From assembly GCA_050949315.1 (NCBI GenBank), contig JBMNFL010000001.1:322043-386042 (forward strand): a DNA stretch of 64,000 bases, written 5' to 3'. A program made the translations under genes and the position numbers. Each line of letters starts with the position of its first letter. Position 1 is the stretch's first letter. The DNA comes from Bacilli bacterium. Lineage in GTDB: Bacteria > Bacillota_I > Bacilli_A > RFN20 > UBA1709. The notes beneath the pieces are model-generated. The model was not told where the DNA came from. It saw nothing but the letters and a program-made list of their open reading frames with translations, and searched no databases. Shown piece by piece: positions 18,039-26,257 of this stretch.

Positions 18039-19982
18039 TTAGTCAAAGAGTTTTTGGCTGAGCTCCTCGGCCGTAAAACCATAGGCGGCGATTACTTCTT
18101 CACCCTTAGCACTACAACCAAATTCATCAATGCCAACAACCTTGTCCGCATAACGATACCAAAGGCCACTTACTCCCATTTCGATAGCGATAGTCTTGTC
18201 TTTTTTACCACCTGTAACCTGATTTTGATAAGTTTTTGATTGCTTATTAAATAATTCTAGTGAAGGAATAGAAGCAACTCTGACTTTTAAGCGATCGCTG
18301 ACTAGGTCGGCGATTTTCAAAGCTAGAGGCACTTCACTACCCGTCGCTAACAAAGTATAATCCGCCCCGCTAATCTCTTTAACCACGTAGCCGCCTTTTA
18401 CAAAGTCCTCATAGCTGCCGGCGGCTAAAGTTCTAATCTTTTGTCGTGAAAGAATTAGGTTAACAGGCCCTTCTTTGTTCTCTATTGCATAACGCCAGGC
18501 ATGCGCCGTTTCAATGGCGCCTGCTGGCCGAATAGTGACCGTATTAGGCACAAGACGCAAAGATGAAATTTGCTCAATTGGTTGATGGGTTGGCCCATCT
18601 TCACCCACCGCGATTGAATCATGGGTAAAAACATTGATAGAAGGAACATTCATTAAAGCTGCTGTTCTAATTGAAGGCTTAAGATAATCACTAAAGACCA
18701 AGAAACAACCAACATATGTTCTTAAACCACCGTAGAGCAGTAGACCAGTCTGGGCACAGGACATCGCAAATTCACGAATACCAAAATAGATATTGCGTCC
18801 ACCCTCTTCTAAACCCCAGGCTCCAGTATTTTTGATTGTCGTATTGACTGAACTTGCCACATCACTCGCCCCACCAAACAGATTTGGCATTTGTTTAGCA
18901 ATTTCATTGAGGATTTTTCCTGAAGTAGCCCTTGTTGCTTCATCAGTTCCAATTTCATATTCCGGATAAACTATTTGGCCACAAATAGAGCCATCTAAAC
19001 AAGCCATTAAAGTCGCATAATCTTCCGGATAGAGTTTCTTATATTTCTTTAAACGGTTTTTCCAACTGCGATTAAACCTTAATCCGCGTCTTGCAAAAGT
19101 GGCTTGATAATAATCGTAAACCGCATCGGGAACCTTAAAAGGTGGATAAGGCCAGGTTAGTTTTTTCTTGAGTTTATCGGTTTCTTCGGCACCTAAAGGT
19201 GAACCATGAACTTTAGAAGTTCCTTGTTTAGAAGAGCCAAAGCCGATGACGGTTCTCGCAATGATAAGTGTGGGTGCATCTTTCATTCTCGAAGCCCGTT
19301 TAAGACACCTTTCAACCTCCTCTAAAACTAGGCCATCACATTTTAAAACATTCCAGCCACAGGCTTTAAAACGTTTTTCAACATCTTCATTGAAAGATAA
19401 GTCTAAAGCCCCATCTAAAGTGACATCATTGGCATCATAAAGAACAATCAATTTATTTAGTTTCAAAGTTGCTGCTAAAGAAATGGCTTCTTGAGTAACT
19501 CCTTCTTGAATATCGCCATCGCCACATAAAACATAGGTATGATTATCAAATAAATTGACATCAGGACGATTAAAAAGTTCACCCATGCGTTTTTCCGCCA
19601 TCGCTAAACCTACGGCATGTGCAATACCCTGACCTAAAGGACCCGAGGTGCAATCAACACCATCCGTTAAACCATATTCTGGATGCCCTGGTGTTACCGA
19701 ATTTAACTGCCGAAAATCGTAAAGATCATCTAAACTAACCTTATAACCACAGATATGCAGCATGCTATAAAGTAAGGCCGAACCATGACCCGCCGCTAAC
19801 ACAAAACGATCGCGACCAAGCCATGTACTATCTTGAGGAGTTGCTTTTAAAAAACGGGTAAATAAAGTATGCATAAGCGTGGCCGCTCCTAAACAAATAC
19901 CTGGATGCCCTGAATTGGCATTATTAATAGCATCCATCGATAAACAACGCAAAGCATTAATTCCTAAATCATTAATATCCAT
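18039..19982 (-). CDS. tkt: transketolase
   Basis: 647 aa; TPP-binding GHPG and GDG motifs. Confidence 0.9.
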   Translation of the reverse strand: MDINDLGINALRCLSMDAINNANSGHPGICLGAATLMHTLFTRFLKATPQDSTWLGRDRFVLAAGHGSALLYSMLHICGYKVSLDDLYDFRQLNSVTPGHPEYGLTDGVDCTSGPLGQGIAHAVGLAMAEKRMGELFNRPDVNLFDNHTYVLCGDGDIQEGVTQEAISLAATLKLNKLIVLYDANDVTLDGALDLSFNEDVEKRFKACGWNVLKCDGLVLEEVERCLKRASRMKDAPTLIIARTVIGFGSSKQGTSKVHGSPLGAEETDKLKKKLTWPYPPFKVPDAVYDYYQATFARRGLRFNRSWKNRLKKYKKLYPEDYATLMACLDGSICGQIVYPEYEIGTDEATRATSGKILNEIAKQMPNLFGGASDVASSVNTTIKNTGAWGLEEGGRNIYFGIREFAMSCAQTGLLLYGGLRTYVGCFLVFSDYLKPSIRTAALMNVPSINVFTHDSIAVGEDGPTHQPIEQISSLRLVPNTVTIRPAGAIETAHAWRYAIENKEGPVNLILSRQKIRTLAAGSYEDFVKGGYVVKEISGADYTLLATGSEVPLALKIADLVSDRLKVRVASIPSLELFNKQSKTYQNQVTGGKKDKTIAIEMGVSGLWYRYADKVVGIDEFGCSAKGEEVIAAYGFTAEELSQKLFD

Positions 19983-20423
19983 TTATAACCCCCACCTTCT
20001 TATATAAGGCCTATTTTTACTAACACTACAAGGCCTTCTTAAAACGCTTTTATTATAACATAAAAAAGCCTGCTGTAACCCTTAAAATAGCTTTTTTCAT
20101 AAGTTTATTAGCATTTAAAAAAGCCCAGGTGCAGCGATTCCCCTTTGGGAAAGGTGGGCGACGATAGTTAGATCTTTAGGATTCCGCCCTTCGAAATGAC
20201 CTTAGCCAGGCGGCCTTCAACACCAATCTAATATGTTTGTCTCCCCGCGTGTTTGTGTTGGAAATATATTTAACACCCAGGCAAACTAATTATAACACAA
20301 AATTTAAAATTGGTCTTTTTAAAATTAAAAAAACTAAAAAGTAAAGATATTTTCAAAAAAATCTTGCTTTTAAGGGTGAAAGTATGCTAGTATGATAATG
20401 CTTTAAAAATGGAGGAAATACAT

Positions 20424-20699
20424 ATGAACAAAGCTCAATTAATCGAAAGAGTCGCCGAAAAGGCTGGATGGACTAAAAAGGACAGTGCTTATTTCACCAA
20501 TTTGCTTCTTGATGAAATTATTGCCTGCCTCAATAGAGGCGAGAGTGTTAAACTTAGTGGCTTCGGGAATTTCAATGTAAAACATAAAGAAGCTAGAACC
20601 GCTACTAACCCAATTACTAAGGAACCAATCAAAGTTCCTGCCGTTAATAAGGTTTCGTTCAGGCCATCAGATATTCTCAAAGAAAAAATTAACGCCTAA
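20424..20699 (+). CDS. hup: DNA-binding protein HU
   Basis: MNKAQLIERVAEKAG...GFGNF...RNP HU signature; SD GGAGG at 20411. Confidence 0.9.
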   Translation: MNKAQLIERVAEKAGWTKKDSAYFTNLLLDEIIACLNRGESVKLSGFGNFNVKHKEARTATNPITKEPIKVPAVNKVSFRPSDILKEKINA

Positions 20700-20706
20700 T
20701 TAAATT

Positions 20707-20729
20707 AACACCCTCCGGGGTGTTTTTTA
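20707..20729 (+). terminator. intrinsic terminator after hup
   Basis: ACACCC-UCCG-GGGUGU hairpin followed by U6. Confidence 0.7.
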
Positions 20730-20770
20730 AAAATAAATATCTTATAATGTAAATAATAGGAGGGAAAAAT

Positions 20771-21445
20771 ATGTCCATTCAACTGCTTATCATTTTTTTA
20801 TCAATAATTATATCTTTCGCTGTCCAAAGCGGCATGCAAAGAGCCTATAACAAATATCTTGGTGAAATGACCGCTCGTGGTTTAAATGGTTACCAAGTCG
20901 CTTCAATGTTTCTACAAGAAAACGGCGTGCATGATGTCAGTTTTGATTTAATGCCTGGACAATTAGCCGATCACTATGATCCTGCTACTAAAACTATTCG
21001 CCTTTCCAAAGACATCTACTATGGTACTAGTATTGCCAGTGTAGCAATCGCCTGCCATGAGGCCGGTCACGCCTTGCAACATGCTAAAGGCTATACTTTA
21101 CTTGCTATACGCAATCGTTTAATCCCCACTGTGCAAGTTGCCAGTTCCCTTTCATGGATTTGTATTTTCATCGGCTTGCTCTCTGGCTTATTAAACGTTC
21201 TCATAATCGGTATTGTGGCCTTAGGAATTATCGCTATTTTCCAACTTGTCACCTTACCAATTGAATTAAATGCCTCAAATCAAGCTTTGGCTTTTTTAGA
21301 TAGCACCATTCTCAATGAAGATGAACATGATGGAGCTAAAAAAGTGCTGCGCGCGGCGGCCTTTACCTATATTGCCGCCTTAGTTATCTCTTTGATGCAG
21401 ATAGCCCGCTTCCTACTCATCATAATGAACAGTCGGAGAAGATAA
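20771..21445 (+). CDS. YugP-like zinc metallopeptidase (membrane)
   Basis: HEAGHALQH (HExxH) motif with flanking TM helices, as in the Zn_peptidase_2 (YugP) family. Confidence 0.7.
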   Translation: MSIQLLIIFLSIIISFAVQSGMQRAYNKYLGEMTARGLNGYQVASMFLQENGVHDVSFDLMPGQLADHYDPATKTIRLSKDIYYGTSIASVAIACHEAGHALQHAKGYTLLAIRNRLIPTVQVASSLSWICIFIGLLSGLLNVLIIGIVALGIIAIFQLVTLPIELNASNQALAFLDSTILNEDEHDGAKKVLRAAAFTYIAALVISLMQIARFLLIIMNSRRR

Positions 21446-21446
21446 A

Positions 21447-22124
21447 ATGACTAACATTGCCCTAGCCCAAGAGCTCTTCCAATTATTTAAAAAACATGGT
21501 CAAGATCTCTACCTTGTCGGGGGCAGTGTTCGTGATTATCTTTTAACTGGCGACTTTCAGGATTTTGACTTTGCAAGTCCAGCAAAAAAAGAAACAATTC
21601 TTAAAATCCTAAATACTGATGATTATGATCCCTTCTCCTTTAAATATGGTAGCATCAAAACTCACTACCAAGGAAAAGAGATTGTCATCACAACTTTCCG
21701 TTTAGAAAGTGCTTATAAAGATTATCGTCATCCCTCTTCTCTAATCTTTACTACCAATATCCAAGAAGACGCTGAAAGACGGGATTTTACCATTAACGCT
21801 CTCTATCTTGATGCTGAAGAAAAAATCCATGATTTTTATCAAGGACAAGAGGATTTAAGAAAAGGGATTATTCGTTGCATCGGTAGCGCCGACCAAAGAA
21901 TCAAAGAAGACCCCGTTCGTATCTTAAGAGCTTTACGCTTTGCTTTAAAGTTTGATTTTAAACTTGACAAAGTTTTAGAAACAGCCATTAAAAACAATAA
22001 GCATTTACTCCAAAAAATCTCCCCTTATCGTTTAAAAATAGAAATGGATAAATTGAAAGAAAGCGCTAGTTTAGAAAGCATTAGAGAAATATTTGCTCGC
22101 TATGAGCTGAGTCTTGAAATCTAA
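21447..22124 (+). CDS. CCA-adding enzyme / poly(A) polymerase head-neck domain only (C-terminally truncated)
   Basis: GGSVRDYLLTGDFQDFDFA (GGxVRDxLLG...DxD), RRDFTINA and DPVRILRALRF motifs; only 225 aa, without the body/tail domains; starts 1 nt after the peptidase stop. Confidence 0.65.
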   Translation: MTNIALAQELFQLFKKHGQDLYLVGGSVRDYLLTGDFQDFDFASPAKKETILKILNTDDYDPFSFKYGSIKTHYQGKEIVITTFRLESAYKDYRHPSSLIFTTNIQEDAERRDFTINALYLDAEEKIHDFYQGQEDLRKGIIRCIGSADQRIKEDPVRILRALRFALKFDFKLDKVLETAIKNNKHLLQKISPYRLKIEMDKLKESASLESIREIFARYELSLEI

Positions 22125-22162
22125 AACGATAGATGCTAGAATAAACGCGTTTCTAAATAAAA

Positions 22163-22249
22163 GGCCTCGTGGCGGAATTGGCAGACGCAGTAGACTCAAA
22201 ATCTACCGAATGTGAGTTCATACCGGTTCAAGTCCGGTCGGGGCCACCA
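22163..22249 (+). tRNA. tRNA-Leu(CAA)
   Basis: manual cloverleaf: acceptor GGCCUCG/CGGGGCC, D-arm GCGGAAUUGGCAGACGC, anticodon loop CUCAAAA, long variable arm, T-loop UUCAAGU, encoded CCA. Confidence 0.85.
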
Positions 22250-22443
22250 TACTATTACAAGGGTTTTGATACAAATCTAAACCTTTTCTTTTTTGTAAAA
22301 AAGTCGTTTTTAAAAACTAAGTTGATATTCTTTTACCCTAAAAAATGAAAAATCGTTGAGTTTGGGGAATATAAACGATATCTCATTTAATTATTTCTAA
22401 ATTCTTGTTATAATTAGAACAATTTTATGGAGAAAGATTAAAG

Positions 22444-23127
22444 ATGAAAACTATTGGTTTACTAGTAGCAGTTGAAATTGAAACTGTTCTTCAAAGTGAT
22501 CTAAAATTATTAGAAACAATTGAAGTTGGAAAATTTAAGGTTTATAAATATCGATTAGCAAATTCTGAGCTTATTGTCATTCATTCAGGGGCTGGGCAAA
22601 CTTTAGCCGCGGCCGCTACGGAAATTCTCATCTCGCTTTTTAAAGTTGAGCTCATTATCAATTTTGGTATTGCTGGTGCTTTGAATGAAAAACTAGGTCT
22701 CAATAAGGTTGGCATCGTTGAAAAGATTGTTGACTATCAATATGATTTATCGCAGTTTGATGACCGTGAAGTTGGACGCCATCTTAAATACCCAAATGTT
22801 GAAATAATGACAAACAGTAGTCTATTAAAGCAGGCACTCGCCCTAGAACCCCAACTAGTAAAAGTCACCTGTGCTTCGGGAAATAAGTTCGTTGCTAGCA
22901 CCAAAGAAAAGCAAGAAATTGAAGAAAAATTTAACTGTGATATTATCGAAATGGAAGCCGCTTCAATTCAATTAATTGCCGATATGCATGCAATCCCTGT
23001 TCTTTTTATCAAAGGAATTTCTGACTCCTTAACTGGCGGTGTTCAACAATATGAAGTTATGAAAGAGAAGGCCGCTAGTAGTTGTTTTCGCCTTCTTAAA
23101 TATTTTCTTGAAAGCGATACCTTCTAA
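22444..23127 (+). CDS. mtnN: 5'-methylthioadenosine/S-adenosylhomocysteine nucleosidase
   Basis: 227-aa PNP/UDP phosphorylase fold (MKTIGLL...EMEAASIQ). Confidence 0.85.
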   Translation: MKTIGLLVAVEIETVLQSDLKLLETIEVGKFKVYKYRLANSELIVIHSGAGQTLAAAATEILISLFKVELIINFGIAGALNEKLGLNKVGIVEKIVDYQYDLSQFDDREVGRHLKYPNVEIMTNSSLLKQALALEPQLVKVTCASGNKFVASTKEKQEIEEKFNCDIIEMEAASIQLIADMHAIPVLFIKGISDSLTGGVQQYEVMKEKAASSCFRLLKYFLESDTF

Positions 23128-23172
23128 AAAAGAATTAAAAGCATCTAGAATTATAACAAGTTAGTTGTTAAA

Positions 23173-24468
23173 ATGGATATTATGAAACTCAACATTAAAC
23201 GGACAGTCTATATCGGTTTAGCTTTTTTAACCACTATGCTCTTGTGGCAGGTGTATAACTGGTATGTCCCAATTTTTCTTAATGACTTTTTATCAGATGT
23301 CTTTGCAGGCGACAAATTAGTTATTGGAATCATCATGGCCTTAGACAATCTTTTTGCCTTGTTTATGATTCCTTTAATGAGTTACTTTTCTGACAAAACC
23401 AAGAATCGTCTGGGTCGCCGCGTTCCTTATATCATCGCTGGTATCTTATTGAGTGCTACTTTCTTTGTACTCCTACCCTTTGCTAACGATAGTGGTCATA
23501 TCTGGCTTCTCATTGCCAACACACTTCTTGTTTTAACGGCTATGAACATCTATCGTTCCCCCTGTGTAGCTTTAATGCCCGACGTCACACCTAAACCCCT
23601 AAGAAGCAAGGCTAACAGTGTCATTAATATTTGTGGCGGTTGTGGGGTGGCCATCGGCTATCTATCCATCGTCTTCTTTTCCTATGACAATTACATTCCC
23701 TTTTTCATTACCAGTGGTGTAATGATCTTGATGCTGATCATCTTTCTTTTTAAAGTTGATGAGAAAAAATTTGTGGCAGAATATCGAAAGCAGTTAGAAG
23801 AGGCCGGCATCAGTGAAGAAGAAGATCAAAAAGAAGAGATAATTGAAGGTGGTGCCACAAAAACCAATTATAAAAATGTTTTGTTGATTTTAGCCGTTGT
23901 CTTCTTTGTCTTTATGGCTAATAATGCCGTAGAAACCTTTATTTCTCTTTATAGCGAATATGTCTTTGTCGAAACAGTTAGTCTCCCCCTCAACATGAAT
24001 CCAGGGGCCTTAGTAATCATCCCCTTTGGGATTGGCAGTTTTCTTTGCGCCGTTCCGGCCGCCTTACTGGCTTCTAAAATAGGGCGTAAAAGAGTTGTAA
24101 ATATTGGGGCCATCATGATGGCTGGTGCCTATATCGGGGTCAGTATTCTTGGTTATAGTATGGGCTTTTCCTACTTCCTCTTACTCTTGTTTTTAATTGG
24201 GGGCTTTGGTTTTTCCTTTATTACCATCAATATCTATCCCCTTGTTATCGATAACTGCTCCAGTGAAAATGTTGGTAAATACACGGGGTATTATTACACT
24301 GCCTCCATGCTAGCCCAATCAGTAACGCCAGCCGTTGCGGGTCTACTGATGAGTGGTCTTGTTTTTAATGACATGCGCTTCTTATTTCCCTATGCGACAA
24401 TTTGTATGATCATCGCTTTACTCGTCAGCCTTCTTATCGTGGATGATAAACTAAAAAAAGAGTCATAA
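23173..24468 (+). CDS. MFS transporter
   Basis: 12-TM pattern; conserved loop GRRVPYIIAG. Confidence 0.8.
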   Translation: MDIMKLNIKRTVYIGLAFLTTMLLWQVYNWYVPIFLNDFLSDVFAGDKLVIGIIMALDNLFALFMIPLMSYFSDKTKNRLGRRVPYIIAGILLSATFFVLLPFANDSGHIWLLIANTLLVLTAMNIYRSPCVALMPDVTPKPLRSKANSVINICGGCGVAIGYLSIVFFSYDNYIPFFITSGVMILMLIIFLFKVDEKKFVAEYRKQLEEAGISEEEDQKEEIIEGGATKTNYKNVLLILAVVFFVFMANNAVETFISLYSEYVFVETVSLPLNMNPGALVIIPFGIGSFLCAVPAALLASKIGRKRVVNIGAIMMAGAYIGVSILGYSMGFSYFLLLLFLIGGFGFSFITINIYPLVIDNCSSENVGKYTGYYYTASMLAQSVTPAVAGLLMSGLVFNDMRFLFPYATICMIIALLVSLLIVDDKLKKES

Positions 24469-24555
24469 GCCCAGGTGGCGGAATTTGGTAGACGCAATAG
24501 ATTCAGAATCTATCGGTTTAAAACCATGCCGGTTCAAATCCGGTCCTGGGCACCA
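24469..24555 (+). tRNA. tRNA-Leu(CAG)
   Basis: manual cloverleaf: acceptor GCCCAGG/CCUGGGC, anticodon loop UUCAGAA, long variable arm, encoded CCA; begins immediately after the MFS stop codon. Confidence 0.85.
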
Positions 24556-24684
24556 CTTTTAACTCAAAAATTATAGAAAAATGGCTATTTGTACTAAACG
24601 CCTAAAAAATCCGTTATTATACTTTTTGAAGAAAAATAAAGTAAAACTAAGTTCTAATTCAATATTAAATGCCAATTAAATAGT

Positions 24685-25887
24685 TTAATTCTCATCACCC
24701 ATTAACCATCTAGCTAAATCAAATACTTTTACACCATCTTTTATTATCATTGGATGTGTTGTATTTGCTATTACAATTTTAGGATAAGCATCTTTTATAG
24801 CAATTAAAGGGGCAATTTCTCTTTTTAATGTTTCTTCTCTACTTATATTATCTGCTACTTGAATATAGATTTTTTCACTACCCTTAATAGCAATAAAATC
24901 TATTTCTTTTTCATAAAGTTTACCAACATATATATCATATCCACGTCTTAGTAACTCTATGGCTACCACATTTTCATAAGCCCTTCCATAATCCATATTC
25001 CTAACCCCTAATATAGAATAACGAAAAGACAAATCAGATAAATAATACTTATCGTTTATTTCTAAATACTTTTTACCTTTAATATCGTATCTTTTTACTT
25101 TATAAAACATAAAAGCATTACACAAATATTTTATATAATTTCCTACAGTTACGTGATTTGTCTTAGTTTTTATATTATTTAACATGTTGGATATTTTATT
25201 AGCAGTTGTAAGATTTGATATATTATCCATTAAAAATTCTGTTAGAGTATCTAATAGGAAGACATCTTCGATATTATATCTATCTACTAGATCTCTTTTA
25301 ATCAACGATGTATAAACATCCTTTATATAGGTGTTTGCATCTTCCCCATTTGCATATAGATATGAGCCCGCTAGGCCTCCTACTTTTAAATAATTTTCTA
25401 AATGATGAGAAAAACTATCTTTTATATCAAAGTATTCCAAGTATTCTTTAAAGGAAAATGGGAAAACGGGAATTTCTATAAATCTTCCTGTAAATAAAGT
25501 AGATAAATCTGAACTCAATAAAAAAGCATTAGATCCAGTCAAGTAAATATCATATTTTTTACTATTATGTAGGCTGTTAATGGCAATCTCAAATTTAGGA
25601 CAAAGCTGTACTTCATCAATCATTAAAACATTTTTTGTATTAGGTTTATAGTTGTCTTCGATATACGAATAAAGACTTTTATAATCTTTTATATCATCAT
25701 ATTTTAAATCGCCATAATCAATTTCTATTAAATTTGTTTCTGGTTCAGTTTCTTTAATATATCTAAAATAGGCTCTCATAAGTTCAGACTTACCAGATCT
25801 TCTAATACCCGTAATAATTTTAATATCAGGAGTATTTCTAACTCTTTTAAGTTTATCTAGATATAAAGTTCTTTCTATAAGTTTCAT
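24685..25887 (-). CDS. AAA+ ATPase with C-terminal DUF4143 (PD-(D/E)xK-like) domain, COG1373-type
   Basis: Walker A GIRRSGKS, Walker B LMIDEVQ, and C-terminal EIDFIAIKGSEKIYIQV nuclease-like motif. Confidence 0.75.
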   Translation of the reverse strand: MKLIERTLYLDKLKRVRNTPDIKIITGIRRSGKSELMRAYFRYIKETEPETNLIEIDYGDLKYDDIKDYKSLYSYIEDNYKPNTKNVLMIDEVQLCPKFEIAINSLHNSKKYDIYLTGSNAFLLSSDLSTLFTGRFIEIPVFPFSFKEYLEYFDIKDSFSHHLENYLKVGGLAGSYLYANGEDANTYIKDVYTSLIKRDLVDRYNIEDVFLLDTLTEFLMDNISNLTTANKISNMLNNIKTKTNHVTVGNYIKYLCNAFMFYKVKRYDIKGKKYLEINDKYYLSDLSFRYSILGVRNMDYGRAYENVVAIELLRRGYDIYVGKLYEKEIDFIAIKGSEKIYIQVADNISREETLKREIAPLIAIKDAYPKIVIANTTHPMIIKDGVKVFDLARWLMGDEN

Positions 25888-25899
25888 AACTATACCTTA

Positions 25900-25983
25900 C
25901 TTTCAAGAAAACAATAATTTTATTGTCTTGAAAGCATTATACCCCACACTTTCAACTTTTACAAGTTTTTGTTGTCTTGAAAG
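25900..25983. promoter_or_regulatory. promoter of ATPase-1 overlapped by two tandem palindromes CTTTCAAG-N19-CTTGAAAG
   Basis: 8-mers at 25900, 25927, 25949 and 25976 in alternating orientation; -10 TATAAT (revcomp at 25936-25941) and -35 TTGTAA (revcomp at 25959-25964) lie between or within them. Confidence 0.45.
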
Positions 25984-26257
25984 TCAAATAATTGTTAAAT
26001 TTAAAGTTTTTTTAAGTTTGGACTCGTGTTACATAAAAGAATTATAACCACTTGTGATTTAATTAGGTTAAATTTGACCGAATTAAAATCAATGTTTTTC
26101 AAACTTTCACATTAACCAAGAAAAAAGAATTTTATCAAAAAATAAGCTGTCTTTTTTTACCAATTTTAAGGACTTAAGCGATTGTTAATTTTTTCTAGAT
26201 ATGCTACTATAAAAAGGCCTTAGTTTTTGAATTTATTATTCAAAAAAAGATGAAAGG

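Noticed and set aside
20100-20290. Assignment of the GC-rich tkt-hup intergenic segment to SRP RNA, RNase P RNA, tmRNA or 6S RNA
   Set aside because: No SRP domain IV motif (GGAAGGAAGCAGC-like), no RNase P P4 sequences, no tRNA-like 3' end; an apparent end-to-end complementarity was a direct repeat (CCCAGG) rather than inverted. Left as an unassigned structured element
25888-26257. T-box riboswitch upstream of gltX
   Set aside because: No T-box consensus (AANNNGGGTGGNACCGCG) or specifier-loop architecture; the region instead holds the divergent ATPase promoter and operators plus an A/T-rich palindrome before the gltX SD
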